Assembly: GCA_905214215.1 (NCBI GenBank)
Contig: CAJMLP010000010.1
Location: forward strand, 10-64,009
Length of the DNA stretch: 64,000 nucleotides
Direction of reading: 5' to 3'
Source: an uncultured bacterium
GTDB lineage: Bacteria > Actinomycetota > Coriobacteriia > Coriobacteriales > Coriobacteriaceae
The notes below the pieces were generated by a model. It saw only the letters and a program-made list of their open reading frames with translations. It had not been told where the DNA came from and made no database searches. Below, piece after piece: positions 18,159 to 27,054 of this stretch (its first letter is position 1; each line of letters begins with the position of its first letter). The translations under genes and the position numbers were made by a program.

Positions 18159-18308
18159 CTAGCGAGTCTCTTTGTGCAGCGTGTGGTGACGGCACCAGGG
18201 GCAATACTTCTTGATCTCCATACGATCAGGCATGGTCGACTTGTTCTTGGTGGTCGTATAGTTGCGGCGCTTGCACTCAGTGCACGCAAGAGTAACTAGA
18301 GTACGCAT
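18159..18308 (-). CDS. rpmG: 50S ribosomal protein L33, zinc-ribbon form (below the ORF-track cutoff)
   Basis: Manual translation [49 protein letters not shown]. Confidence 0.96.
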   Translation of the reverse strand: MRTLVTLACTECKRRNYTTTKNKSTMPDRMEIKKYCPWCRHHTLHKETR

Positions 18309-18587
18309 GTATCCTGAACCTTTCATTTCCGCCCCGTACGGGCACGAGTTGTTACTTTATCAGCTCCACGTAAGTGCTGTCAATGAAAACCTCGAGTCAA
18401 TTGGTTCTCGGTGGATCCATTCATATTTGGAACACATCAATGAAGCCATCGAGAGCTAATCGACGGTGCATCCAGGACCATTATCGATCCTCTCGACACC
18501 AGCAACGGCTCAATATCCATTGCAGAAAAGAACCCGGCACCCATATAAGTGCCGGGTTCTCTAAGTCAGCTATATCAAAGAGCTAAT

Positions 18588-19778
18588 TTACTCAATGATC
18601 GTGGAGACGATGCCCGAACCGACGGTGTGGCCACCCTCGCGGATAGCGAAGCGCAGGCCCTCCTCCATGGCGATCGGGTGGATGAGGTCGCCCTCGATGG
18701 TGATGTGGTCACCAGGCATAGCCATCTCGGTGCCCTCGGGGAGCTTGACCGTACCGGTAACGTCGGTGGTACGGAAGTAGAACTGAGGACGATAACCATC
18801 GAAGAACGGGGTGTGACGGCCGCCCTCCTCCTTGGTCAGAACGTAGATCTCGCCGGTGAACTTGGTGTGCGGGGTAACCGAACCGGGCTTGCAGAGAACC
18901 TGGCCGCGCTCGATGTCCTCGCGCTTGATGCCGCGGAGCAGCAGACCGACGTTGTCGCCAGCCTCGCAGAAGTCCATGGACTTACGGAACATCTCGATAC
19001 CGGTAACGACGGTGTTCTGGGTATCCTTGATGCCGACGATCTCGACGGGCTCGTTGAGCTTGAGCTCACCGCGCTCGACACGGCCGGTAGCAACGGTACC
19101 ACGGCCGGAGATGGTCATAACGTCCTCAACGGCCATCAGGAACGGGAGGTCGTTGTTACGAGCAGGCGTCGGGATGTACTCGTCGACGGCGTTCATGAGC
19201 TCGCGGATAGCGTCCATCCACTTGGCGTCGCCCTCGAGAGCGCCCAGAGCGGAACCACGGATGACGGGGATGTCGTCGCCGGGGAAATCGTACTCGGAGA
19301 GGAGCTCACGGGTCTCCATCTCGACGAGGTCGATGAGCTCGTCATCGTCGACCATGTCGCACTTGTTCAGGAAGACGACGATGTAGGGAACGCCGACCTG
19401 ACGGGCGAGCAGGATGTGCTCGCGGGTCTGAGCCATGGGGCCGTCGGTGGCGGCGATGACCAGGATAGCGCCGTCCATCTGAGCAGCACCGGAGATCATG
19501 TTCTTGACGTAGTCAGCGTGGCCCGGGCAGTCAACGTGAGCGTAGTGACGGGCAGCAGTCTCGTACTCGACGTGGGAGACGGAGATCGTAATGCCGCGCT
19601 CGCGCTCCTCGGGAGCCTTGTCGATGTTCTCGAACGCAGTGAAGTCAGCCTTGCAGCCCTCGGTCTCGGAGAGAACCTTGGTGATGGCGGCGGTCAGCGT
19701 GGTCTTGCCGTGGTCGACGTGACCAATGGTGCCGATGTTAACATGCGGCTTAGTGCGCTCAAACTTCTCTTTGGCCAT
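18588..19778 (-). CDS. tuf: Elongation factor Tu
   Basis: [23 protein letters not shown] and NKCD motifs. Confidence 0.99.
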   Translation of the reverse strand: MAKEKFERTKPHVNIGTIGHVDHGKTTLTAAITKVLSETEGCKADFTAFENIDKAPEERERGITISVSHVEYETAARHYAHVDCPGHADYVKNMISGAAQMDGAILVIAATDGPMAQTREHILLARQVGVPYIVVFLNKCDMVDDDELIDLVEMETRELLSEYDFPGDDIPVIRGSALGALEGDAKWMDAIRELMNAVDEYIPTPARNNDLPFLMAVEDVMTISGRGTVATGRVERGELKLNEPVEIVGIKDTQNTVVTGIEMFRKSMDFCEAGDNVGLLLRGIKREDIERGQVLCKPGSVTPHTKFTGEIYVLTKEEGGRHTPFFDGYRPQFYFRTTDVTGTVKLPEGTEMAMPGDHITIEGDLIHPIAMEEGLRFAIREGGHTVGSGIVSTIIE

Positions 19779-19874
19779 AAAGCCCTCCTCTAAACAGGTC
19801 GTCCCCGGACGGGACTTTGCCTTTATACCATAGTGGCCTCTCAACATACTATTGAGAAGCCACCGTGTTACCTA

Positions 19875-19951
19875 TGGTAGCGGTGACTGGATTCGAACCA
19901 GTGACGCCACGGGTATGAACCGTGTGCTCTAACCAACTGAGCTACACCGCC
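19875..19951 (-). tRNA. tRNA-Met(CAT), probably elongator
   Basis: GGCGGTGTAGCTCAG...TTCATAC anticodon loop...GTTCGAAT...ACCA. Confidence 0.93.
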
Positions 19952-19954
19952 GGA

Positions 19955-20030
19955 TGGAGCCTGCAACCAGACTTGAACTGGTGACCTCTTCGTTACCAAC
20001 GAAGTGCTCTACCGACTGAGCTATACAGGC
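19955..20030 (-). tRNA. tRNA-Thr(GGT)
   Basis: Anticodon loop TTGGTAA, GTTCAAG T-loop, encoded CCA. Confidence 0.95.
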
Positions 20031-20040
20031 ACTTGACGGG

Positions 20041-20122
20041 TGGGAGCTATAGGATTCGAACCTATGTAGGCAGAGCCAACGGGTTTACAGCCCGTCCCCA
20101 TTAACCACTCGGGCAAACTCCC
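20041..20122 (-). tRNA. tRNA-Tyr(GTA)
   Basis: Anticodon loop CTGTAAA, long variable arm; 3' end reads A-CCC, so CCA is not encoded. Confidence 0.93.
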
Positions 20123-20184
20123 AATCGTTCAAGTATCCGCAGGTCCTTTGGTCTTTTGGACCGCCGCCCCCGCGAACGAAAAAG

Positions 20185-20214
20185 ATAATACGATGCAACC
20201 TTGGGGGCTGTCAA
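20185..20214 (-). promoter_or_regulatory. Sigma-A-type promoter of the tRNA-Tyr/Thr/Met cluster
   Basis: TTGACA-N18-TATTAT on the minus strand. Confidence 0.6.
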
Positions 20215-20429
20215 CGAAAACCTCTAGATACACGGTGCCGGGCGTATCTATATACCTTTGACCTGCTGTTTTGCCGGGTTTGGATATGAAGGACGCTGAA
20301 TTTGCATGTAGCGGTGACATTTCCCGAGGGAACACTTTGGCGTAGTGGAGTGAGCCTGCAGAATATTGCTTCGATAACGACTCATTTGCACCTATATATA
20401 GGTCGGGATCGGGTTTCCCTGGCTCGACC

Positions 20430-20521
20430 GAGCGTGGATTTTCTCCCGTTTGAAATCGAGCGTGGATAATCTCCCACTTTTGGCCTGACTTCGAGCCCAA
20501 AGTGGGAGATTATCCACGCTC
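20430..20521. repeat. GAGCGTGGATAATCTCCC-family palindromic element
   Basis: Two direct units (20430, 20458) and one inverted unit (20504-20521) after a 28-bp spacer; same layout at 39149-39241. Confidence 0.85.
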
Positions 20522-20553
20522 ATTCACTAAGCCAGAGTGCTATAAAGCCGCAA

Positions 20554-21426
20554 TCACTCGGGCCAGGACAATGTTGAGCCATAGAGCGGCTCCCCCTTTG
20601 TGCGGGGGTAGCGGCTCAAGTAGCACGATGAAAGAAGGTCGAAGAAATACGTTATAGCGTATTTCGAGTAAACGCCGAGTCGATCAATTCCGTTCCCCGC
20701 GTTGCCGAGTCGATAGACGCGATCGAAAGATCTCACATTCTCATCACTGCTAAACGCAGTGATGAGAATCTTCCTGCCCGAACGGCAATCAAGATACTCA
20801 CGCGCCTGCGATGCAAATAGCCCGGAAACCGATACGAGTATTATCAAAGACTGAGAAGCATCCTCGACATTCTTCAATTCCGCGACATTTGCCCCGGCAA
20901 CTATGCGAACTATTTTGCCTGTATAGAATAGTTCCTGTTGAAACCGTACGAGGTTGGCACTCACATTATTAGTACACCAGATTTCAACGTTTTTGTGCCT
21001 CCCTATTTCATCGGCAAGTTGCTTAATAACGACATCTGAAACGCCGCTTTCAACCTCTGCAAACATTTCGATCATGCGCACATCGAGCTCTGCTCTGTAC
21101 TCCTCATAGCCGAATTCCTCCTCTCGGTGGCTTAAGTCGCTAGGAAAGACTGATTGAGTAAATGACTCTTTCAAATCTCTGAGAGACTGATAACCCAACC
21201 GATTGCAGAAACGTCGAACGGCAGAGCGCGTAACGAAAGCGTCGCGAGTTATCGCGACAACATTGATTTCGCTCGAGCGCCTAAGGTGAGCAATGAGATA
21301 TTGGGCAATGGCAGCGTCGTTAGATCCACACTCGCTGTTGATGATGGAGCTAATGCGATTGAGCACATCAAAGCCATTGATATTCACCTGATCCCTCTTT
21401 CCATTCTCCTCAAAATCATGATTCAT
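20554..21426 (-). CDS. RpiR/MurR-family transcriptional regulator
   Basis: IAQYL...AFVTRSAVRRFCNRLGYQSL HTH followed by a SIS-like domain (ILVSVSG). Confidence 0.8.
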   Translation of the reverse strand: MNHDFEENGKRDQVNINGFDVLNRISSIINSECGSNDAAIAQYLIAHLRRSSEINVVAITRDAFVTRSAVRRFCNRLGYQSLRDLKESFTQSVFPSDLSHREEEFGYEEYRAELDVRMIEMFAEVESGVSDVVIKQLADEIGRHKNVEIWCTNNVSANLVRFQQELFYTGKIVRIVAGANVAELKNVEDASQSLIILVSVSGLFASQAREYLDCRSGRKILITAFSSDENVRSFDRVYRLGNAGNGIDRLGVYSKYAITYFFDLLSSCYLSRYPRTKGEPLYGSTLSWPE

Positions 21427-21538
21427 TTATTGAATCAATCAGCTTCGGTCGTTCTCCTATGATTCAAAACAGTTGACGTCATCTTAATCGTAATTCCGCC
21501 ACACGTATCCACCGTGTTGAATGATGGAAAGGGGATTC

Positions 21539-22957
21539 ATGGGCAACGTGAACAACATGCCGTTTCTCTGGGGTTCCGCCACGGCGTCTTATCAGTGCGA
21601 GGGTGCCTGGAACGAAGACGGCAAAGGCCTTGGCGAGTGGGATTTCTTTAGCCACACAAGCAATAAGAACATCAACCATGTTGACGGTGATGTATCTTGC
21701 GACTTCTACCATCGCTATGAAGAAGATATCCGCATGATGAAAGAAGGCGGACAAAACACCTATCGCTTCTCTCTTTCATGGAGTCGAATCATCCCCACGG
21801 GTATCGGCGAAGTGAATGAAGAGGGTATCGATTTTTATAATCGGGTCATTGATTGCTGCCTCGAAAATGGCATAGAGCCCAACGTTACGCTGTTCCATTA
21901 CGATCTGCCATTCACGCTTGCTTGCAAAGGCGGATGGCTGAACAACGACATGGCAGAGTGGTTCTGCAAATACGCCAAGATTTGCTTTGAGCGCTTTGGA
22001 GACCGCGTCAAAATCTGGGCTACCGTTAACGAGCCGCATTTCTACAGCTACTGCGTAAACATGTTGGGCAACTATCCCCCCAATCGATCGCTCGACGTTC
22101 AGTCGTACATGCAGTTTCAGTACAACCTGATGCGCGCAAGCGCACTCGCAGTCCGAACATATCGTCAAATGGGCTACGACGGCATCATCGGCGCCGTCCA
22201 CGATGGCGGCGTTGTCGAACTCGACCCGGCAACCGAGCACCCTGATGACGTATTTCGATACGCAGACTTTTTCGCCAATCGCATGATTCTGGCACCAGCG
22301 CTTCAGGGTCAACTGCCGCCAGAAATGGACGAAATCCTTGAAAAACTTGGCGTCTCGCTCTATCGATCCCCAAATGACGTAGAAGAATTCAGAGACGGTA
22401 AAGTCGATTTTATTGGACTCAACGTGTATTGCCGAGAGTATGTAACCGACTGGCACGGTGGAGAGCTTGCCGTTTCGGCGAACAATAAGGGCGGTTCGAG
22501 CAAAAAGGTCGAAGGAAAATGCATTGCGCCCTTGTTTGAAAGCGCCCGCGACAGCAATGTTCCCCGCAATAAATGGGGCCGCGAAATACTCCCAGGTTGC
22601 ATGTATTCAACCATCATGGATGTCCACGAGCGCTATGACGCGCCCCGCATCTTTATTACGGAAAACGGACATGGCGCCTATGAGCAACCAGACGCAGACG
22701 GAATGATCCACGATGATGACCGCATCGAGCTTCTGGGCCAGTTCATCGAGCACATGATGAGGGCCAAGCGCGACGGCGCGCGCGTTGAGGGCTACTACCT
22801 CTGGTCGACGATGGATCTGTATAGCTGGATCAACGGCTACGAAAAACGATACGGACTTGTCCATATCGACTTCGAGAACAATCTGGAACGCACCCCCAAA
22901 AAGAGCTGGTATTGGTACCGAGACCTTATCTCGAAGTATCAGGAGCAGGAAGGTTAG
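21539..22957 (+). CDS. Glycoside hydrolase family 1 (6-phospho-beta-glucosidase-like)
   Basis: FLWGSATASYQCEG, DFYHRY, acid/base TVNEP, nucleophile ITENG, KRYGLV. Confidence 0.93.
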   Translation: MGNVNNMPFLWGSATASYQCEGAWNEDGKGLGEWDFFSHTSNKNINHVDGDVSCDFYHRYEEDIRMMKEGGQNTYRFSLSWSRIIPTGIGEVNEEGIDFYNRVIDCCLENGIEPNVTLFHYDLPFTLACKGGWLNNDMAEWFCKYAKICFERFGDRVKIWATVNEPHFYSYCVNMLGNYPPNRSLDVQSYMQFQYNLMRASALAVRTYRQMGYDGIIGAVHDGGVVELDPATEHPDDVFRYADFFANRMILAPALQGQLPPEMDEILEKLGVSLYRSPNDVEEFRDGKVDFIGLNVYCREYVTDWHGGELAVSANNKGGSSKKVEGKCIAPLFESARDSNVPRNKWGREILPGCMYSTIMDVHERYDAPRIFITENGHGAYEQPDADGMIHDDDRIELLGQFIEHMMRAKRDGARVEGYYLWSTMDLYSWINGYEKRYGLVHIDFENNLERTPKKSWYWYRDLISKYQEQEG

Positions 22958-22966
22958 GAGAAAGAG

Positions 22967-24367
22967 ATGAAATATCAGGCAATGTCCGAAACAGTCCTAA
23001 AGGCTGTTGGCGGCAAAGAGAACATTACATCGGTAACTCATTGTGCGACGCGCCTTCGCATCGACGCACGAGACACCTCGATCATCGATCTCCAGCTCGC
23101 CAAATCGGCCGATCAGGCGCTCGGGGCAGTAGTCAGCGGTGGCCAGCTTCAGGTGATCATCGGCCCCAACGTCACCGAGGCTTACAACGACTTCCTCGAC
23201 TTCGCGGGAATCGAAGTCGGCGGTGGCACGGTTGCCGACGATGCCCAAACCGCCAAAGACCTTGCAGAAGGCATTAAAAGCGGTAACACCGCCATGGGCT
23301 TGATTGAGAAATTCGGGAACGTCTCTGCACAGGTATTCATGCCCATCGTCCCGGCGCTCATCGTTGGCGGACTCATTCTTTCGATCAAGAATCTCCTGGT
23401 CAATTATTGCGGATTGAGCACCGATAGCGGAACCGCCCAGGTCCTGTTGGCGATCTTTAGCGCTTCGTTTAGCTTCTTGCCCGTTTATCTTGGTTATCAG
23501 CTCGCAGCCGTCATGAAGATGCAGCCCATCATGGGCGCATTGCTGGGCGCGATCATGATCAGCTCGTCCATTAGCGGTGCTGAGGGTCTCGACTTTCTTG
23601 GCATCCCCATCCCGACGAATGACTACTCGAGCACGGTGGTGCCAATCGTACTGGGCGTCGTGTTCATGTACTTCGTCGATCGCGGTCTTCAGAAAATAAT
23701 CCCCGACGTTACCAAACTGTTCTTGAAGCCGCTGCTCACCATGATCATCGTCGTGCCTGTCGAGCTGATTATCCTTGGCCCCGCCGGCAGCATGATGGGC
23801 TACGCGCTGAGCGATGCCGTCACGTGGCTTATGGACAACGTGGCATTTATCGCTACTCCGATCCTGGCAGCCCTTAACCCCTATTTCGTCATGCTCGGTC
23901 TCGATAAGGCTTACATCGCAATCGAAGTTACGAGCCTGGCGCAGCTCGGTTGGGCACCCATTATCTTTGGATTCATCTCGAACCTCTGCATTGGCGGCAC
24001 GAGCCTCGCCCTGGCAACTGCCATGAAGGGAAACAAAGAGAAGAGGGGTATGGTCACCACGGTTGCCGTCACCGCACTCTGTGGCGTAACCGAGCCCGCG
24101 TTCTACGGTTGCCTCATCGAGCGTCCCCGCCTGCTTGTCGGCACGGCAATCGGCGCGCTCTGCGCTGGACTCCCTGCAGGCATCTTTGTTCTGAAAGAGT
24201 ATGTTGCGGGAGCATGCCCCGGCCTTCTTTCGGCACTCATCTTTATCGCTCCCGATGGGTCCATGGGCAACTTCGTGCTGGCATGCGTTGTCGCCATCAT
24301 CGCCATCGTCGTCTCCTTCATCGCTGCACGCGTGATCATCAAGAAGAACCCCAGCTATATTGAGTAG
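22967..24367 (+). CDS. PTS EIIBC component, beta-glucoside/sucrose family (no EIIA)
   Basis: GGKENI..VTHCATRLR EIIB Cys motif, QVIIG, GVTEPAFYG in EIIC. Confidence 0.92.
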   Translation: MKYQAMSETVLKAVGGKENITSVTHCATRLRIDARDTSIIDLQLAKSADQALGAVVSGGQLQVIIGPNVTEAYNDFLDFAGIEVGGGTVADDAQTAKDLAEGIKSGNTAMGLIEKFGNVSAQVFMPIVPALIVGGLILSIKNLLVNYCGLSTDSGTAQVLLAIFSASFSFLPVYLGYQLAAVMKMQPIMGALLGAIMISSSISGAEGLDFLGIPIPTNDYSSTVVPIVLGVVFMYFVDRGLQKIIPDVTKLFLKPLLTMIIVVPVELIILGPAGSMMGYALSDAVTWLMDNVAFIATPILAALNPYFVMLGLDKAYIAIEVTSLAQLGWAPIIFGFISNLCIGGTSLALATAMKGNKEKRGMVTTVAVTALCGVTEPAFYGCLIERPRLLVGTAIGALCAGLPAGIFVLKEYVAGACPGLLSALIFIAPDGSMGNFVLACVVAIIAIVVSFIAARVIIKKNPSYIE

Positions 24368-24559
24368 ATGCCCGCTGTTTGCATTGGGGACATCCTCGGC
24401 AGACCATTAGCAAGAACCCAAGAAGTTCCTTAGGAGCTCGATTAATCCATTCGGATTCCTGAGGCACAAACGACCCCGATTCCACAATGAAATCGGGGCC
24501 GTTGTTTCTAAAGCCGTCGATAGACAATCGGCGTTTACCTTAGCTCCCTATCCAAATTA

Positions 24560-24624
24560 ATTATCCACGCTCGTTCTCCGGTCGGGAGATTTTCTTCGTT
24601 CGCGTGTCCAGAAATCCACGCTCG
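24560..24624. repeat. GAGCGTGGAT-family element, inverted and partial, at the right island border
   Basis: ATTATCCACGCTCG, GGGAGATTTTC and GTGTCCAGAAATCCACGCTCG units. Confidence 0.75.
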
Positions 24625-24652
24625 AACAGGACCCCATGTCCGCACCCGCCCT

Positions 24653-24791
24653 TGTCTCGATCTGTAACAGCAAGAGGCCTATTCCGCTTCTACATGTTAC
24701 AGATCAAGATATTCCTAAAACACCCTAAGTTTCATCTCAATCTGTAACAGTTAGATGCCAAATATCGGTCTTGTTGTTACAGATTTAGACA
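24653..24791. repeat. Second array of four alternating TCTCAATCTGTAACAG inverted repeats
   Basis: Units at 24655(+), 24694(-), 24735(+) and 24774(-); 80-bp period, 23-bp spacers within pairs. Confidence 0.85.
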
Positions 24792-24899
24792 AACTAGAGG
24801 ACGAGACAAACCAAAAACGGGATGGGCGCCAACCCGATGGCACACCACCTACAAAGAAACGGGCCCTGTCCCACAGGGGAACAGAGCCCGAAACTTTCA

Positions 24900-24974
24900 T
24901 GGAGCCAGTGACAGGAATCGAACCTGCAACCCACTGATTACAAATCAGTTGCGCTACCGTTGCGCCACACTGGC
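24900..24974 (-). tRNA. tRNA-Thr(TGT)
   Basis: ACTGA-TTTGTAA-TCAGT anticodon arm, GTTCGAT T-loop, encoded CCA. Confidence 0.95.
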
Positions 24975-25197
24975 ACACTTGGCGCTTTCGCGCGAAGCCT
25001 GTTAAGGATAAAGGAATTGAAGACGGGGCGCAACAGGCCCTTCGACCGACCACATCTCAAAACTATTCGCCAGAACGAATAGTTTTATCCGTTCGCCAAA
25101 ACCAAAAACTATTCGTTTTGGCGACGGCAACCCACAGTCCATTGATTACAAATCAACGGGCCGGCCAATTGGGAAACGGGTCTCTATGGATAATCCC

Positions 25198-25875
25198 CTA
25201 CCGTCCGCGCAGGGCCTTAAGCTTGGCCAGGGCATCGGGACTCAGGCGGCTGCCCAGAGTCATCTTGATCTGCGGGGCCTCCTCGGCCTCGTGAACGTCG
25301 TTATCAATCTGTTTGATCTCGTCCACCAGCATACGGCTCGAGATGCGCGTGACGCCCTTCCCCATGACGACAGCCTGGATCGTGCCGTCACTCGATACCA
25401 CGGAGCACGCGCGGCCTTCCTCGCGTGCCTCGATGCAGAGCTTCTGCACCACGGTATCGGCAGAGACGCCCGTCGGCGAGAACTCGATGCGCACGCCGCG
25501 GGCCGGTAGGTTGGGGCGCTCGTTGGAGATGTTGCCCGCGCCGTCGAACACGATCACGGCCTCGTAACGGCCCTGGGCAAACGCCGCGACATCGTTGATA
25601 AGCGCAGTACGAGCCATATCGTGGACGTCGCTGGAATATGGATCGTCGGAATGGTCGTAGACGAGCTTTTCGTAGCGCGGCGTGCAGTGAATCACGTTGT
25701 AGCCGTCGACCACCAGCAGCTCGGGCTTATTGGAGTGCACCGTCGAGACCGGATCGGCGATGGCCTGCGCAAACGCATTGCCGCCCACACCATAGGTCGC
25801 GGCCGAAACGATCGGCTTGGCCGAGCCCTCGCCAAAGCGCTTGGCCTTGGACTTGGCGCGGTTCTTCTTGGACAT
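25198..25875 (-). CDS. NYN-domain ribonuclease, YacP/Rae1 family
   Basis: LVVDGYNVI, IVFDG, SADTV and VVSSD motifs; follows rlmB as yacP does. Confidence 0.88.
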   Translation of the reverse strand: MSKKNRAKSKAKRFGEGSAKPIVSAATYGVGGNAFAQAIADPVSTVHSNKPELLVVDGYNVIHCTPRYEKLVYDHSDDPYSSDVHDMARTALINDVAAFAQGRYEAVIVFDGAGNISNERPNLPARGVRIEFSPTGVSADTVVQKLCIEAREEGRACSVVSSDGTIQAVVMGKGVTRISSRMLVDEIKQIDNDVHEAEEAPQIKMTLGSRLSPDALAKLKALRGR

Positions 25876-25878
25876 GCG

Positions 25879-26799
25879 CTACTCCTCCCCCATGAGCTCG
25901 CCGGCATTGCGGCGCAACCACTCAAAGCACAGCGCAGTGGTCGCCTGGGCAACATTGAGACTCTCGGTCATGCCGCGCTGGGGAAGCTTGGTCAAAAAGT
26001 CGCATTTCTCAAGCACCAGGCGCGAGATGCCGTCGCCCTCGGAGCCCATGACGAGCGCAACGCGGCCCTCGAAGGGAGCATCCCAGCAGCTGCCCTCGGC
26101 GTGCTCGGAAGCACCGCCCACCCAAAAGCCGGCGGCCTTGAGGTCGTCGAGCGCTCGAGCGATGTTGGGAACCTGTGCGATGGGCAGATGCATAACGGCG
26201 CCGGCAGAGGTCTTGTAGCTGCCGACGGTCACACCGGCGGCGCGCTTGTTGGCAATGATGACGCCCGCCGCGCCCACGACCTCGGCAGAGCGCACGATGG
26301 CGCCAAAGTTACCGTCGTCGGTCACGTGGTCGAGCACGACGACAAGAGCCGGACCCTCGCCCGCGCGGTCGAGGATATCGGCAACATCGGCATAGGGGAA
26401 GTTGCCCACCTCGAGCGCAATGCCCTGGTGAGCGCCATGGCTCGACAGCGCATCGAGCTGCGCGCGCGGCACATACTTAATGCGGACACCCGCGGCGTTG
26501 AGATCGTCGACCAGGCGCGACAAGGCAGCATCGCGCTCCCCGCCCTCGGCGATGAGCGCGCACTTGACGGGAAAGCCGGTGCGCAGGGCCTCGGCGGCAG
26601 CACGGCGACCTTCGATAAACTCGCCCTTGGGGACCTGAATGTTGTCGCGGTTGCGATTTCGCTGCGGACGCGCAGCCTGGGCTTGGGAGCGCTCGCGCTG
26701 GCCCTTGGAAGCGGCAGCGCGGTCATTGCGGCGAATCGGGCGCGAGCCAGAAGCAGCCTGTTTGCCACCACGAGGCGCACGCTTGCGATTGTCGGCCAT
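25879..26799 (-). CDS. rlmB: 23S rRNA Gm2251 methyltransferase
   Basis: HQGI, LDHVTDDGNFGAIVRS, MGSEGDG and ESLNVA SPOUT motifs. Confidence 0.92.
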   Translation of the reverse strand: MADNRKRAPRGGKQAASGSRPIRRNDRAAASKGQRERSQAQAARPQRNRNRDNIQVPKGEFIEGRRAAAEALRTGFPVKCALIAEGGERDAALSRLVDDLNAAGVRIKYVPRAQLDALSSHGAHQGIALEVGNFPYADVADILDRAGEGPALVVVLDHVTDDGNFGAIVRSAEVVGAAGVIIANKRAAGVTVGSYKTSAGAVMHLPIAQVPNIARALDDLKAAGFWVGGASEHAEGSCWDAPFEGRVALVMGSEGDGISRLVLEKCDFLTKLPQRGMTESLNVAQATTALCFEWLRRNAGELMGEE

Positions 26800-26948
26800 A
26801 AAGCGACCTCCTAAATACGACTATCAAACGAAACAAATAGACCGACCGCCCGAGGTGCGGCAGATTGCCTTGAAAGAGGAGGGCATAGACCTTGAGGTCA
26901 TGCCCGACGATTGAAAGGCAAGGTGCCGTGGCTCGGGCGGTCGGCACG

Positions 26949-27046
26949 GGTTTTCCAAGTGTCCGAGATGGCCGTGAAAGAGGAGCGACGCGTACTTGAG
27001 TACGCGAGCGACGGTTTGAACGGCAAGGTCGGGTGCTTGGGAAACC
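26949..27046. repeat. 98-nt rod-like hairpin element downstream of cysS
   Basis: GGTTTTCCAAGTGTCCGA pairs with TCGGGTGCTTGGGAAACC; apical CGCGTAC-TTGA-GTACGCG. Confidence 0.65.
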
Positions 27047-27054
27047 AGCAGGGA

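Noticed and set aside
20430..20521. Replication origin suggested by DnaA-box-like 9-mers
   Set aside because: Only two imperfect boxes per element, the element recurs elsewhere, and there is no dnaA/dnaN or AT-rich unwinding region.
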